Shown here piece after piece: positions 19,038-28,751 of a stretch of 64,000 bases of DNA. The translations under genes and the position numbers were made by a program. The DNA is from an uncultured Spartobacteria bacterium. GTDB taxonomy: Bacteria; Verrucomicrobiota; Verrucomicrobiia; Chthoniobacterales; UBA6821. Every line of letters begins with the position of its first letter. Position 1 is the first letter of the stretch. Below the pieces are notes generated by a model. The model had not been told where the DNA came from, did no database searches, and saw nothing but the letters and a program-made list of their open reading frames with translations. Location of the stretch: assembly GCA_903826635.1 (NCBI GenBank), contig CAIKFI010000030.1:4414-68413 (forward strand), in the 5' to 3' direction.

Positions 19038-20066
19038 GTGCAGACCTTGGAGACCTTGTCAGGGGTCGCATTTCCTCAAAAAGAGGTTGCCCCTCTCTTC
19101 CTGGCCCCGATGGCGGGGGTTACCAACTCCGTCTTCCGTAGAATCTGCCGCGAAAAGGGAGCCGATATCCTGACCACCGAATTTGTCTCCGCGGACGGCA
19201 TCATGCACCGGAATGCCCGCACCCGAGGCTATGTCGAGTTCACGGACATGGAACGCCCGATGGGGGTCCAGCTTTTCGGCAGTGATCCGGACCGTCTTGG
19301 CGAGGCTGCCAGACAGGTCATCGACTGGGTGCGACCCGACTTCATCGACATCAACTTCGGTTGCCCTGCCAACAAGGTTGTCTGCAGGAACGGAGGATCC
19401 TCACTCCTTCGGGATTGCCCCCTTCTGGAGCGGGTTGCGGCCGCCGTGGTGCGAGCCTGTGCCCCCCTGCCCGTCACCGCAAAAATCCGGATCGGATGGG
19501 ATGACTCTTCCATCAATGCCGTCCAGACGGCAAGACTGCTGGAAGGGGCCGGCATACAACGCGTCGCCGTTCACGGACGCACCAGAGCCCAGGGCTACTC
19601 CGGAACAGCCAACTGGGAAGTGATCGCCGAGGTCGCGGCATCGGTCAAGATCCCGGTGATCGGAAACGGCGACATTGCAGATGGAGAGACGGCGGTTGAG
19701 CGTCTCAAGACCGGGGTTTCGGGACTGATGATCGGCCGCGCCGCCATGACCAATCCGTGGATCTTCACGGAGATCCGCTCCACGCTTGCTGGCGAGTCAT
19801 TCCAGCACCCCACCATGGAGGATCGTTGGCTTCTCGTCCGGCGGCACTGCGGAGAGGAGGTGGTTGCCCGGGGAGACGAGCGACAGTCCATGCAGGGCAT
19901 GCGTTCGCGATTGATGGCCTACACAAGGGGGATGCCCGATGCCAGACCCCTGAGGGCCAGCCTGTCGGCCATCTCATCCCTCATGGAACTCGACGACCTC
20001 ATTGCAAAACACCTCCATGAACACGATCAGGACCACATCGCTTCTCCTGCGGAAATCCTTCACTAG
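19038..20066 (+). CDS. dus: tRNA-dihydrouridine synthase
   Basis: LAPMAGVTNSVFR, DINFGCPANKV and HGRTRAQGYSG are conserved Dus motifs. GTG start. Confidence 0.85.
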   Translation: MQTLETLSGVAFPQKEVAPLFLAPMAGVTNSVFRRICREKGADILTTEFVSADGIMHRNARTRGYVEFTDMERPMGVQLFGSDPDRLGEAARQVIDWVRPDFIDINFGCPANKVVCRNGGSSLLRDCPLLERVAAAVVRACAPLPVTAKIRIGWDDSSINAVQTARLLEGAGIQRVAVHGRTRAQGYSGTANWEVIAEVAASVKIPVIGNGDIADGETAVERLKTGVSGLMIGRAAMTNPWIFTEIRSTLAGESFQHPTMEDRWLLVRRHCGEEVVARGDERQSMQGMRSRLMAYTRGMPDARPLRASLSAISSLMELDDLIAKHLHEHDQDHIASPAEILH

Positions 20067-20129
20067 ACTCCGGAAACCGGACGGATCGGCTCACGCCTGA
20101 TGACAAGAGGGTCCTGTCAGACCTAGTCT

Positions 20130-20939
20130 CTATTCCGAGGCATCCGCCAGTTCGGCATGGCGGCTTCGGGCGCTGCAAAGACCCCGCTTGGTGCGGTGTG
20201 AGACAAATTTCATGAAGCGGTCCGCCTCCTCGCTCCATGGGATCGATTTTCCCGCTTCAAGCGCCTGCTCCACATTCAGGCCACTCCGGTAGAATAGCTT
20301 GTAGGCTTTTTTCACATCGGCCCGGGCGGCTGCGGAGATCCCATTGCGCCGCATTCCCACGGCATTGAGACCGCAGACCACATTGATGATGACGCCCACG
20401 GTGAAGGGAGGGATGTCCTTGCTCCAAGCAGTGCCTCCCCGGATCATGCACATCTCTCCGACTCGCAGAAACTGGTGAAAGACGGATCCGCCGCCGAGGA
20501 CCACGTCGTCACCCACCTCCACATAGCCCGCCAGAAGGCAGTTATTGGCCATGACCGTCCTGTTGCCCACGGAGACATTGTGCCCTAGATGCACTCCGCA
20601 CATCAGCAGATTGCGATCTCCCACACGCGTGAGGGATCCCTCCTTGGATCCCCGGTGGATGGTCACGTGTTCGCGCATTTGATTGTCATTCCCGATCATG
20701 ACCCCGCTTTGGGTGGAGGCTTTATGGTCGAAGTCCTGGGGAGCGGCGCCGATCACCGCTCCATAGCCAACGAGGTTCCGGTCCCCCATCGTGACATTAT
20801 TGGTGAGTATCGCATGGGCCTGGACGACGCAATCGTCACCCAGAACGACACCTTCCTCAATGATGGCATAAGGACCGACCTCCACATTTCTCCCAAGCCT
20901 AGCCTTGGGACTCACAAGAGCGGTGGGATGAATATTCAA
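20130..20939 (-). CDS. lpxA: Acyl-ACP--UDP-N-acetylglucosamine O-acyltransferase
   Basis: IHPTALV start, hexapeptide left-handed beta-helix repeats and a helical C-terminal domain. Apparent TTG start. Confidence 0.85.
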   Translation of the reverse strand: MNIHPTALVSPKARLGRNVEVGPYAIIEEGVVLGDDCVVQAHAILTNNVTMGDRNLVGYGAVIGAAPQDFDHKASTQSGVMIGNDNQMREHVTIHRGSKEGSLTRVGDRNLLMCGVHLGHNVSVGNRTVMANNCLLAGYVEVGDDVVLGGGSVFHQFLRVGEMCMIRGGTAWSKDIPPFTVGVIINVVCGLNAVGMRRNGISAAARADVKKAYKLFYRSGLNVEQALEAGKSIPWSEEADRFMKFVSHRTKRGLCSARSRHAELADASE

Positions 20940-21059
20940 GGGTGGCTTTGGTGGCTTATGTTGTATCGCAGTCAGGAGGTAGAAAGGGCGCCAATGCCAC
21001 CGAAATTCGGCGTGCGGGGAGAAATTGTCAACCGAAGAGAACCCATCCGCATCAGGGGT

Positions 21060-22349
21060 TCATTCCTGAAGGGTTATCAAGGGAAGAAAAACACTGAAGG
21101 TGGACCCCTCCCCCGGGGAACTCTCCAAGGCGACTCTTCCGCCGTGAGCCGTGATGATATTCTTCACAATGGAGAGACCGAGCCCCGTGCCTCCGGTCTG
21201 CCTGGCCCGGTCTCCGCCGACCCTGTAAAAACGATCGAAAAGATGCTGCTGATCCTGAAGCGGAATGCCCGGCCCGTTATCGCGGAAACGGATGGCCAGA
21301 TCAGGGCCCTCCTGCATCGCGGAGATCGTGACTTTCCCGCCGGTGGGAGCACCGTGACGCAGGGCATTGGCGAGCAGATTGGAGAGCGCCTGCTCGATCC
21401 GGTATCCCTCCACGTCAATGGAAGGAAGTTCCCGGGGCATCTCCAGGGTCACGGCGACGCCGCGATCCGCTATCTGTCCCTCCAACTGCTGGATCACATC
21501 ACGAAGGATTCTTGCGATATCGGTGGGCGCCGTCTCAAGACGTAATCCCCGTTCCTCCATCCTGCTGATGGTCAGCAGGTCGTCGATGAGTCGGTTGAGC
21601 CTCTCCCCGTGTCGCTGCATGATGGCGATCGACTTACGCTGCATCTCACGGCTCACGCCCTTCTCCCCCAGCGTCTCCAAATATCCATTGATCACAGAGA
21701 GCGGCGTGCGGAACTCATGGGTGACGTTGGCCACGAATTCGCGGCGCACCGCCTCAAGTTCACGGAGTCGGGTGACATCGTAGAACACCAACAGGAGCCC
21801 GTCCGGGAGCTCCATGGTGGGGGTCTTGAGCGCCGCAGCCGTGACTACAAGATGACAGCGCCCCCCTCGTCCGGGTATGCCGAATGCCAACTCGCCCTGT
21901 TGAACCCCTCCCGTACCAACCGCCCGCTGGGCAACCCCTAGGAGTTCGTGGCTCATGAAAACCTCGTGGAGCAGAAGACCCTCCTGAGTTCCCTGCAGAT
22001 GGAACATGCTGGAGGCGGCTTTGTTCACCAACCGGATCTTGAGATCCGCACCCGTGATGACAACCCCCTCGGTCATGCTCTCAAGAATCATCGAAAGGCT
22101 GAACTCCTCTTCTGCAAGCAGTGTCTTCTGACGCTCGAGCATTTCTGCGATCTGACGGAGGTTGACGGCGGTATCACAGAAAAACAATGGACTTCCGTTC
22201 AGCATCACCGGTCGGTAATCCCCCTTGGCAAGCCGCCGAATCACTCCGCACAGCTCCATGGCGGGTAGAACCGCAAGGATCAGGAGAAGTCCGGCCACTC
22301 CGCACACGAGAGCCGCGGTCACAGCGAGCCCGAGCGTGGCGCTCATCAC
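21060..22349 (-). CDS. Sensor histidine kinase (TM-HAMP-PAS-HisKA-HATPase, PhoR-like architecture)
   Basis: H-box HEFRTPL, N box (LLANALRH), G boxes (DNGPGI, GGTGLGLSI). 4-nt overlap with the upstream response regulator gene. Confidence 0.85.
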   Translation of the reverse strand: MMSATLGLAVTAALVCGVAGLLLILAVLPAMELCGVIRRLAKGDYRPVMLNGSPLFFCDTAVNLRQIAEMLERQKTLLAEEEFSLSMILESMTEGVVITGADLKIRLVNKAASSMFHLQGTQEGLLLHEVFMSHELLGVAQRAVGTGGVQQGELAFGIPGRGGRCHLVVTAAALKTPTMELPDGLLLVFYDVTRLRELEAVRREFVANVTHEFRTPLSVINGYLETLGEKGVSREMQRKSIAIMQRHGERLNRLIDDLLTISRMEERGLRLETAPTDIARILRDVIQQLEGQIADRGVAVTLEMPRELPSIDVEGYRIEQALSNLLANALRHGAPTGGKVTISAMQEGPDLAIRFRDNGPGIPLQDQQHLFDRFYRVGGDRARQTGGTGLGLSIVKNIITAHGGRVALESSPGEGSTFSVFLPLITLQE

Positions 22350-23038
22350 GAATTTCCGGAGGACAGGATAAACCGATACCCCTCGCCTCGCACCGTCTCC
22401 AAGTAGTGGGAATGATCTCCCAGCTTCTCACGGAGTCGCCTCATGTGGGTGTCCACGGTGCGGGTGTCGATGTTTCCGCTATAACCCCAGACCTGTTGAA
22501 GGAGATCTTCACGGGACTGGATGGACCCCAGCTTGCCGAGCAGCAGGGAGATCAGCTTGAACTCGGTCGATGTGAGATCCAGTCGCTTGCCATCCAGAGT
22601 CATCTTTAGGGCATTCCGATCCAGCACAAAGGGACCGGCCGTGACTTTTTCGTCAATGGGGACGACGGAACTCCTCCGGATCAGCGTCTTGATGCGAAGG
22701 ATGAGTTCGCGCGGACTGAACGGCTTGGGAAGATAATCCTCGGCCCCCAGTTCGAGCCCCTTGATCCTGCTCTCGGACTCCCCCTTGGCACTCAGGATCA
22801 GTATGGGTATGGATTCCGTGGTCAGATCGGATTTTAATTTTTTGGCAACCTCGAATCCGTTCATTTTGGGCAGCATGACGTCGAGAACGATGGCATCCGG
22901 GCGTTCCTGCCGGACCATCTCGAGCCCCTCGGCTCCATCCATGGCCTGAATCACCCGAAATTTCGCCTTCTTCAAATGATATCGGACCAAGTCAGCGACA
23001 TCGTCCTCGTCCTCGATCAGTAAAATGGTTTCTGGCAT
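22346..23038 (-). CDS. OmpR/PhoB-family response regulator
   Basis: Receiver domain (ILLIEDEDD, D in LDVMLP, K in PKPF) plus a winged-helix C-terminus (VDTHMRRLREKL...ETVRGEGYRF). Confidence 0.9.
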   Translation of the reverse strand: MPETILLIEDEDDVADLVRYHLKKAKFRVIQAMDGAEGLEMVRQERPDAIVLDVMLPKMNGFEVAKKLKSDLTTESIPILILSAKGESESRIKGLELGAEDYLPKPFSPRELILRIKTLIRRSSVVPIDEKVTAGPFVLDRNALKMTLDGKRLDLTSTEFKLISLLLGKLGSIQSREDLLQQVWGYSGNIDTRTVDTHMRRLREKLGDHSHYLETVRGEGYRFILSSGNS

Positions 23039-23330
23039 CGGGGTGTTAGATTTCTTGGTGATGGAGGGACTCCAATGAGCTATCCGACTCCCCTCCGCGA
23101 AGCAAGAGGCAAGAGATCTTTAGCATGGCTTCCGGACAAAAAAAGCGGGCCACCTCGAATTGCACCGGAAAAAACCAAGAAACCGATGCGAGATGGCCCG
23201 CTCCCAATGAAAAACCTGTATTTATTCTGACCATCCGGGAGCAGTTCCGTTCAAAAAAAATTTCGTTGCCCGTTTTTTAGTGCCCCTTGATATCTTAACG
23301 ATTACCTTCGGAAGCGAAAGGTCCCTTTTC

Positions 23331-24326
23331 ATGAAAACAATCGGCGTATTGACATCCGGTGGCGACGCCCCGGGAATGAACCCTGCCCTACGGGCTGTTG
23401 CAAGAACCGCTTTTGAGAATGGTTGCCGTATCATCGGGATCAATAACGGCTACGACGGCATCTTTGACGGGACGTTAGAAGAACTTGGCGGCCGCCTTCT
23501 CTCGGGCATGATCGATCGGGGTGGCACCATCCTTCAATCCAGCCGGTGCAAGCGCATGTATACACCCGAGGGCATCGACGAGGCCCGTCGGCGCCTTCAG
23601 GAATTGGGGATTCACGGACTCGTCGTGATCGGTGGTGACGGCTCCCTGACTGGGGCTCAAGAGCTTTCCAAGCGGGGAATGCCAGTCATGGGAATCCCCG
23701 CTAGCATCGACAACGACATGGCCGGAACCGAGATGGCCATCGGCGTCGATACTGCGGCCAATACCATCATGCAGTTGATCGACCGCATTCGGGACACTGC
23801 ACGCTCCCACCGACGCTGTTTCCTGATCGAAGTGATGGGTCGCAACTCCGGTTACCTGGCGCTGACCACCGCCATCAGCTGCGGAGCGGAGTTCGCCGTC
23901 ATCCCAGAGTATTTCTGCAATATCAAGCGTATCGTCACCCAGCTTCACGAGCGGTATCAGCAGACTAGGGACAATTCGATCATCGTTCTCGCCGAGGGCG
24001 TCTGTGATGCGGATACCTTCATCGACCGCTTGGTTCAGGAGCGCGGTGCTGAATTCGAACAGGAAGTCCGCAAAACGGTTCTCGGTCATGTTCAGCGGGG
24101 AGGCATCCCGACACACTTCGACCGCATGCTCGGGTCGCGTTTCGGTGAACTTGCCGTCACCGGGCTTCTCCAGCAGGAGACCGGTTGCATGACATCCCTT
24201 TCAAAGGGACGCACCACCTTGGTTTCCTTCGAACAGGTGATTGGAAAGAAAAAGCATCCTGCTCCCGAGCTGATCAGACTGGCCCGGAATCTTCAGATCG
24301 ATTTCGGGGACCCCACCGAAGTCTGA
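23331..24326 (+). CDS. pfkA: 6-phosphofructokinase (PfkA-like)
   Basis: Start at MKTIGVLTSGGDAPGMN. GGDGS, PASIDND and MGR motifs are present. Confidence 0.85.
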   Translation: MKTIGVLTSGGDAPGMNPALRAVARTAFENGCRIIGINNGYDGIFDGTLEELGGRLLSGMIDRGGTILQSSRCKRMYTPEGIDEARRRLQELGIHGLVVIGGDGSLTGAQELSKRGMPVMGIPASIDNDMAGTEMAIGVDTAANTIMQLIDRIRDTARSHRRCFLIEVMGRNSGYLALTTAISCGAEFAVIPEYFCNIKRIVTQLHERYQQTRDNSIIVLAEGVCDADTFIDRLVQERGAEFEQEVRKTVLGHVQRGGIPTHFDRMLGSRFGELAVTGLLQQETGCMTSLSKGRTTLVSFEQVIGKKKHPAPELIRLARNLQIDFGDPTEV

Positions 24327-24329
24327 GCT

Positions 24330-25250
24330 GTGGGATCCATCGGCAACGGCTTCACCGTGGAGACACTCCTTACGATTTCTATCGCCCAGTATAGCAGCGT
24401 GGAGTTGGCCCTGAAGCTCTGCGTTGCCTTGATGGCGATGGTCGCCTTCCTGCTTGTTGCCTCGACCACCTGTGTGGATCGGCACGCACGATTTCCCCTG
24501 CTGTTCGGGGGAGCCGCCTTGGGTGGAGCGACGTGGTTTGAATCCGGTGTCTGGATCGGCTGGAAGCAGGCCTTCGAGCTCGCAGGCACCTCCTACTGCG
24601 TGACCGGTCAACTGCTGCCGGGTGAAGATCGCCTGATGGCCTGGATCGTGGGCGTTCCCGCAATTTTATGCTGCTTCGGCATGGTGAGCCTCACCCTCAT
24701 GAAAGACAGGAAAGAGAGCATGGGGGACAAGGAGGAGGTCTCTCACTCTATCATGGGGAGGCTGGTTCTGATCCTGGTTTTTTTGGCTCTGGCCTCAATG
24801 TTCTCCACCACGCTTGCGGCGCTCCTACTCCTCGGTACGGGATGGCTTCTATGCATTAGATTGCCCCGTTCGGTCTCATCACCGACCTCATCCCCTGATA
24901 AGAAAGCCCCTTGGACCCCTTGGATTCTTTGGACTTATTCGACAAGATGGGCGGTCGTCAGCATCCTCTTGGCAGAGGTTATTCTGCTCTTAAGCTCTTA
25001 TCACCTTCTTCCATCGGGCAAGACCACGGATGCAACGCTCGTTTGCAGCGAGATCATTCGTTGCATAGCAGATCTCCTCTCCTTCGTGATCCCAGGCGTT
25101 CTTCTGCTTGCAACCGTTCTCCAAAGCTCCAAAACCTTGGCCGTCGGTTCTGAGCCAACAACGAAAACTCCTTCCCATTCCTTGAGGGAAAAGAAAGCTG
25201 CCGTGCGCGCGCCCGGGGAATCCAATCCTCAGATCGGACTCTTCGGGTAG
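24330..25250 (+). CDS. 7-TM membrane protein, divergent microbial-rhodopsin homologue lacking the Schiff-base lysine
   Basis: 306 aa with a GTG start 3 nt after the pfkA stop. DRLMAWIVGVPAILCCF aligns with RY(V/I)DWLLTVPLL(L/I)(V/C)E, and CIADLLSFVIPGVLL aligns with (T/L)IAD(V/F)(L/V)(A/N)K(P/I)(V/L)FGL(L/I). See findings. The coding call itself is solid; the family assignment is by eye. Confidence 0.5.
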   Translation: MGSIGNGFTVETLLTISIAQYSSVELALKLCVALMAMVAFLLVASTTCVDRHARFPLLFGGAALGGATWFESGVWIGWKQAFELAGTSYCVTGQLLPGEDRLMAWIVGVPAILCCFGMVSLTLMKDRKESMGDKEEVSHSIMGRLVLILVFLALASMFSTTLAALLLLGTGWLLCIRLPRSVSSPTSSPDKKAPWTPWILWTYSTRWAVVSILLAEVILLLSSYHLLPSGKTTDATLVCSEIIRCIADLLSFVIPGVLLLATVLQSSKTLAVGSEPTTKTPSHSLREKKAAVRAPGESNPQIGLFG

Positions 25251-25316
25251 GAATCCCATACTCCTTAAACATCTCCGCCAGCGCCCTCTCTCAACTACGT
25301 AAGACCCTAAGAAATT

Positions 25317-26423
25317 TCATGATCCGTAGAGAGCTTGCTGCCAGAGAGCAGGATAGTCCGTGTAACCCTTCTCTGTTCCTCCGTAGAAAGAGGCCTCGTC
25401 TGGAGGATTAAGCGGTGCATTTCTGTGGAATCTCTCCGGCAGGTCCGGATTTGCAAGGAAGGGGACGCCAAAGGCGATCGCATCGGCCCATCCCTCGGCA
25501 AGCGCTGCATTACCCGACTCCAGATTGAATCCACCCGCCGAGACAATTGCGCCCTTCCAGAACGGGCGAAGCTCCTGCGGTCCGACCCCCTCCTTGGCAC
25601 CATGCGCGATATCCTGGGCGGTGGCTTGGGTGATATGGGCATAGGCCAGATCGAAAGCATTCAACTCCTCGAGCAGGTGTCCAAAGGTCGTGACGGGGTT
25701 GCTGTCGTGCATGTCGTTGAAGACTCCTCCGGGCGAGAGACGGATCCCGACACGGTCTCCACCCCAGACGCCGACGACGGCCTCCGTGACCTCCAGCGTC
25801 AGGCGGGACCGGTTCTGGACGCTTCCGCCATACTGGTCGCCACGATGATTCGTCCCGTCGCGGAGGAACTGATCGAGCAGATAGCCGTTCGCATTATGGA
25901 TCTCCACTCCGTCGAATCCGGCCTCCTTTGCAAGCCTGGCACCGTGGACATACTCGGCCACGATGCCGGGGATCTCGTCGGTCTCCAAAGCCCGAGGGGT
26001 GACATACTCCTCCATGGCGGTTCCGGTAAAAACCTGACCCTTCGGTTTGATGGCAGAGGGGGCGACAGGCTGCGTCCCGTCCTCCTGATAGGAGGGGTGG
26101 GAGATCCGACCGACGTGCCAGAGTTGGAGATAGATGTGTCCCCCTTTGGCATGGATCGAGTCGGTGATCTTTCTCCATCCCTCCACCTGGGCCTGCGTGT
26201 GGATGCCGGGAGTGTTCGGATAGCCGTATCCACGTGGTGATACCGAGGTCGCCTCCGAAATGATCAGACCGGCCGAGGCTCTCTGGGTATAATACTCGAC
26301 ATTCAGATCATTGGGGAGATGCCCCTCCGAGGCACGGCAACGGGTCAGCGGCGCCATGAAAATGCGGTTGGGAAGAGCCAGGGGGCCGAGTTGAATGGGT
26401 GAAAAGAGGGTCGGTGTGCTCAT
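25317..26423 (-). CDS. Old Yellow Enzyme family NADH:flavin oxidoreductase (alkene/N-ethylmaleimide reductase-like)
   Basis: LPNRIFMAPLTRCRA, HGGHIYLQLWHVGR-type and GFDGVEIHNANGYLLDQFL motifs. Confidence 0.85.
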   Translation of the reverse strand: MSTPTLFSPIQLGPLALPNRIFMAPLTRCRASEGHLPNDLNVEYYTQRASAGLIISEATSVSPRGYGYPNTPGIHTQAQVEGWRKITDSIHAKGGHIYLQLWHVGRISHPSYQEDGTQPVAPSAIKPKGQVFTGTAMEEYVTPRALETDEIPGIVAEYVHGARLAKEAGFDGVEIHNANGYLLDQFLRDGTNHRGDQYGGSVQNRSRLTLEVTEAVVGVWGGDRVGIRLSPGGVFNDMHDSNPVTTFGHLLEELNAFDLAYAHITQATAQDIAHGAKEGVGPQELRPFWKGAIVSAGGFNLESGNAALAEGWADAIAFGVPFLANPDLPERFHRNAPLNPPDEASFYGGTEKGYTDYPALWQQALYGS

Positions 26424-26458
26424 GATTTCAACGTGAGGCTTTGGTGACTTGCTCCCGC

Positions 26459-26770
26459 TCAGAAGGGCAGGCCCGGGATCCCGAGTCCGGCCGTCAGCTT
26501 GCCCATCTCATCGTTGGCCAGCTTCTTGGCATCACTGGTGGCCTGACGGACGGCGCTCAGGACAAGATCCTCGAGGAGTTCCACATCATCGGCATTCACG
26601 ACTTCGGGAGCGATCTTGATGGAGAGGATGTCTCCGGCACCTGAGGCCTTGACCGTTATCTTGCCACCGCCTGAGGTCGCTTCAACCTCGCGATTGGCCA
26701 GCTCTTCCTGGATCTGAGCCATCTTCTTCTGTGCGTTCGCCGCGGCGCTCATCATTTTGGCAATATTCAT
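26459..26770 (-). CDS. ybaB: Nucleoid-associated protein YbaB/EbfC
   Basis: Start is trimmed to MNIAKMM. QKKMAQIQEEL...ATSGGGKITVKASG pattern. In the conserved position immediately downstream of dnaX. Confidence 0.85.
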   Translation of the reverse strand: MNIAKMMSAAANAQKKMAQIQEELANREVEATSGGGKITVKASGAGDILSIKIAPEVVNADDVELLEDLVLSAVRQATSDAKKLANDEMGKLTAGLGIPGLPF

Positions 26771-26816
26771 GGTCTGGTATTCTTGGTCGTTGGTGGAGGT
26801 TTGGTGAAAATCAGGT

Positions 26817-28751
26817 TCAGGCCGTTTTTCCGCCGTCAAGGATCTCGGCTTGGAAGATTTCCAAGGCCTTTTTGATCAGGGGATCATTTTTAAAAGCTTC
26901 CAGCTCCTCGGGGCTAATATTCGGAGCAGACTCCGCCGCTTTGGCTTGGGCGGGGGATTGCGAAGAGGATGCTGGGGACGTTGCGGAGGAGGGAGCCTTC
27001 TCAACCGGCTTCGGTTTTTGGGGAGCCACGGGCTCCGGTTCAGGAGCAGGAGGCTCTGCCCCACTGAAGCGGCACTCCAGCGAGATTTTCTTACCAAGGT
27101 CCGTGGAGAGCATCGTCTCGATTTTTTTGATCGCCTGAATCCAGAAGAGCGTCTGAGTTTGGGCTTCCAAAGAAGGTGGAAATTCCACGATCAAGCGTTC
27201 CCCATCGATCTCCACGAAGTGGCCATCCTCCAACCATCCGAACTTCAAGGGAGACTCCGAGGCAAGCGACATGGCAACCTTATGCCAAGGATCTGAAAGG
27301 GAAAGGTCGTCCGTTTTTTCGTCAGTAGCAACTGCTGCAGAGGGGAGTTCTCCATCCATGGAGAGAAGGGGTGCGTCCTCCAAGGCTTGCTCCTCCTCGC
27401 TTGCGGACACAGGCTGGCTAGGCTCGGCACTGGATGCCGACTCCGCCGCTGCTGGTAAAATTGGGGAAGTGGGTGGCGATGCCGCCTTTGACACAGTTGC
27501 ATCCGTTACCGCTGGCGATGCCGCCTGAACAGGAGCGACCGAAACCGGCGGGGGAGTCGGTATTGAGCGAGGCGTTTGCGTTGAGAGGGAAGCCAAGGCC
27601 GGCACCTTCGGGATCACTCGATCGGGAAGCGGTGTGCCTCCACGCAGGGCCGAGAGGGCATCAATCACATCGCTAAGACTGGTCTCCTCAAGGAGATGCA
27701 CCCCCTTGATCAGGGCCACATCAAGCTGTAGCTTCTTGTCGGTTGCCCACCGCATCCGGCCCTCCGACTCGCCGAAGTGATCGAGCAGGACCAGGAGCTT
27801 CTCTTGGGAGATCGACTCGCCCAAGCGCGCCTCATCGGTCGGTTCCCCGGTGGTCGGATGTGCCTTGGCGATCAGGATGTCACGCAGGAGGCCCACCAGT
27901 TCCGCGAGCAGGCGGGAGAGATCCTTGCCGGCCTCGGACTGATCTTTTACCAGAGCAAGAGCGGCCGGCGTGTCGCGGTCCAGGAGTGCGGCTCCCAGCG
28001 TGATGACGCGCTCCCGTGGGGTGAATCCGAAGACCATCTGCACATCAGCCGCCGTGATGGAAGTCCCGCAGAAAGCGATCACCTGGTCGAACATCGACTC
28101 GGCATCCCGGAGCGCTCCGTCGGCTCCGCGCGCGATCGCCTCGGCGGCGGCGGGATCGAGATCCACTTTTTCCTCTCCCGCAATGTAGAGGAGATGTCCT
28201 GCGATCAGCTCCGGGGTCAGGCGGCGCAGATCGAAGCGCTGGCACCGGCTCAGGATCGTAGCCGGGACCTTCTGTGCCTCGGTCGTTGCAAAGAGGAACT
28301 TCACGTGCTCGGGCGGCTCCTCCAGCGTCTTGAGAAGGGCATTGAAAGCCGCCGTGGTCAACATGTGCACCTCATCGATCAGGTAGACCTTGTAGGGCCC
28401 GCGTGCCGGAGCATAGGCGGCATTCTCACGGAGCGTGCGGATGCTCTCCACGCTGTTGTTGCTGGCTCCGTCGATCTCCATCACGTCGAGACTGCGTCCC
28501 TCGGCGATCTCGATGCAGGCGTCGCAGGTGCCACACGGATTGTCCGTGGGCCCGTTCTGACAATTCAGGGCCTTGGCGAGGATACGCGCCGTGGAGGTCT
28601 TGCCGACGCCGCGTGGTCCGACAAAGAGATAGGCTTGGGCAAGCCGGCTTCCCTTGATCGCATTCTGGAGGGTGCGGGTGATGTGCTCCTGACCGATCAC
28701 CTCCTCGAATTTCTGCGGACGGTATTTTCTGGCAAAGACGCGGTAGCTCAC
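26817..28751 (-). CDS. dnaX: DNA polymerase III subunit gamma/tau
   Basis: 644 aa, GTG start. RKYRPQKFEEVIGQEH, GPRGVGKTS, zinc module CGTCDAC and DEVHML. Pro/Ala-rich linker and C-terminal tau region. Confidence 0.9.
   Translation of the reverse strand: MSYRVFARKYRPQKFEEVIGQEHITRTLQNAIKGSRLAQAYLFVGPRGVGKTSTARILAKALNCQNGPTDNPCGTCDACIEIAEGRSLDVMEIDGASNNSVESIRTLRENAAYAPARGPYKVYLIDEVHMLTTAAFNALLKTLEEPPEHVKFLFATTEAQKVPATILSRCQRFDLRRLTPELIAGHLLYIAGEEKVDLDPAAAEAIARGADGALRDAESMFDQVIAFCGTSITAADVQMVFGFTPRERVITLGAALLDRDTPAALALVKDQSEAGKDLSRLLAELVGLLRDILIAKAHPTTGEPTDEARLGESISQEKLLVLLDHFGESEGRMRWATDKKLQLDVALIKGVHLLEETSLSDVIDALSALRGGTPLPDRVIPKVPALASLSTQTPRSIPTPPPVSVAPVQAASPAVTDATVSKAASPPTSPILPAAAESASSAEPSQPVSASEEEQALEDAPLLSMDGELPSAAVATDEKTDDLSLSDPWHKVAMSLASESPLKFGWLEDGHFVEIDGERLIVEFPPSLEAQTQTLFWIQAIKKIETMLSTDLGKKISLECRFSGAEPPAPEPEPVAPQKPKPVEKAPSSATSPASSSQSPAQAKAAESAPNISPEELEAFKNDPLIKKALEIFQAEILDGGKTA

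Noticed and set aside
27122-27128. A7 run in dnaX (minus strand AUC AAA AAA AUC) as a possible gamma-subunit frameshift or slippage site
   Set aside because: A -1 shift would hit UAA about 11 codons later. However, the site lies at about residue 545 of 644, inside the conserved C-terminal tau domain and far downstream of where gamma ends in characterised systems. The heptamer is C-AAA-AAA rather than A-AAA-AAG, and there is no obvious downstream stimulatory hairpin. It would need experimental proof.
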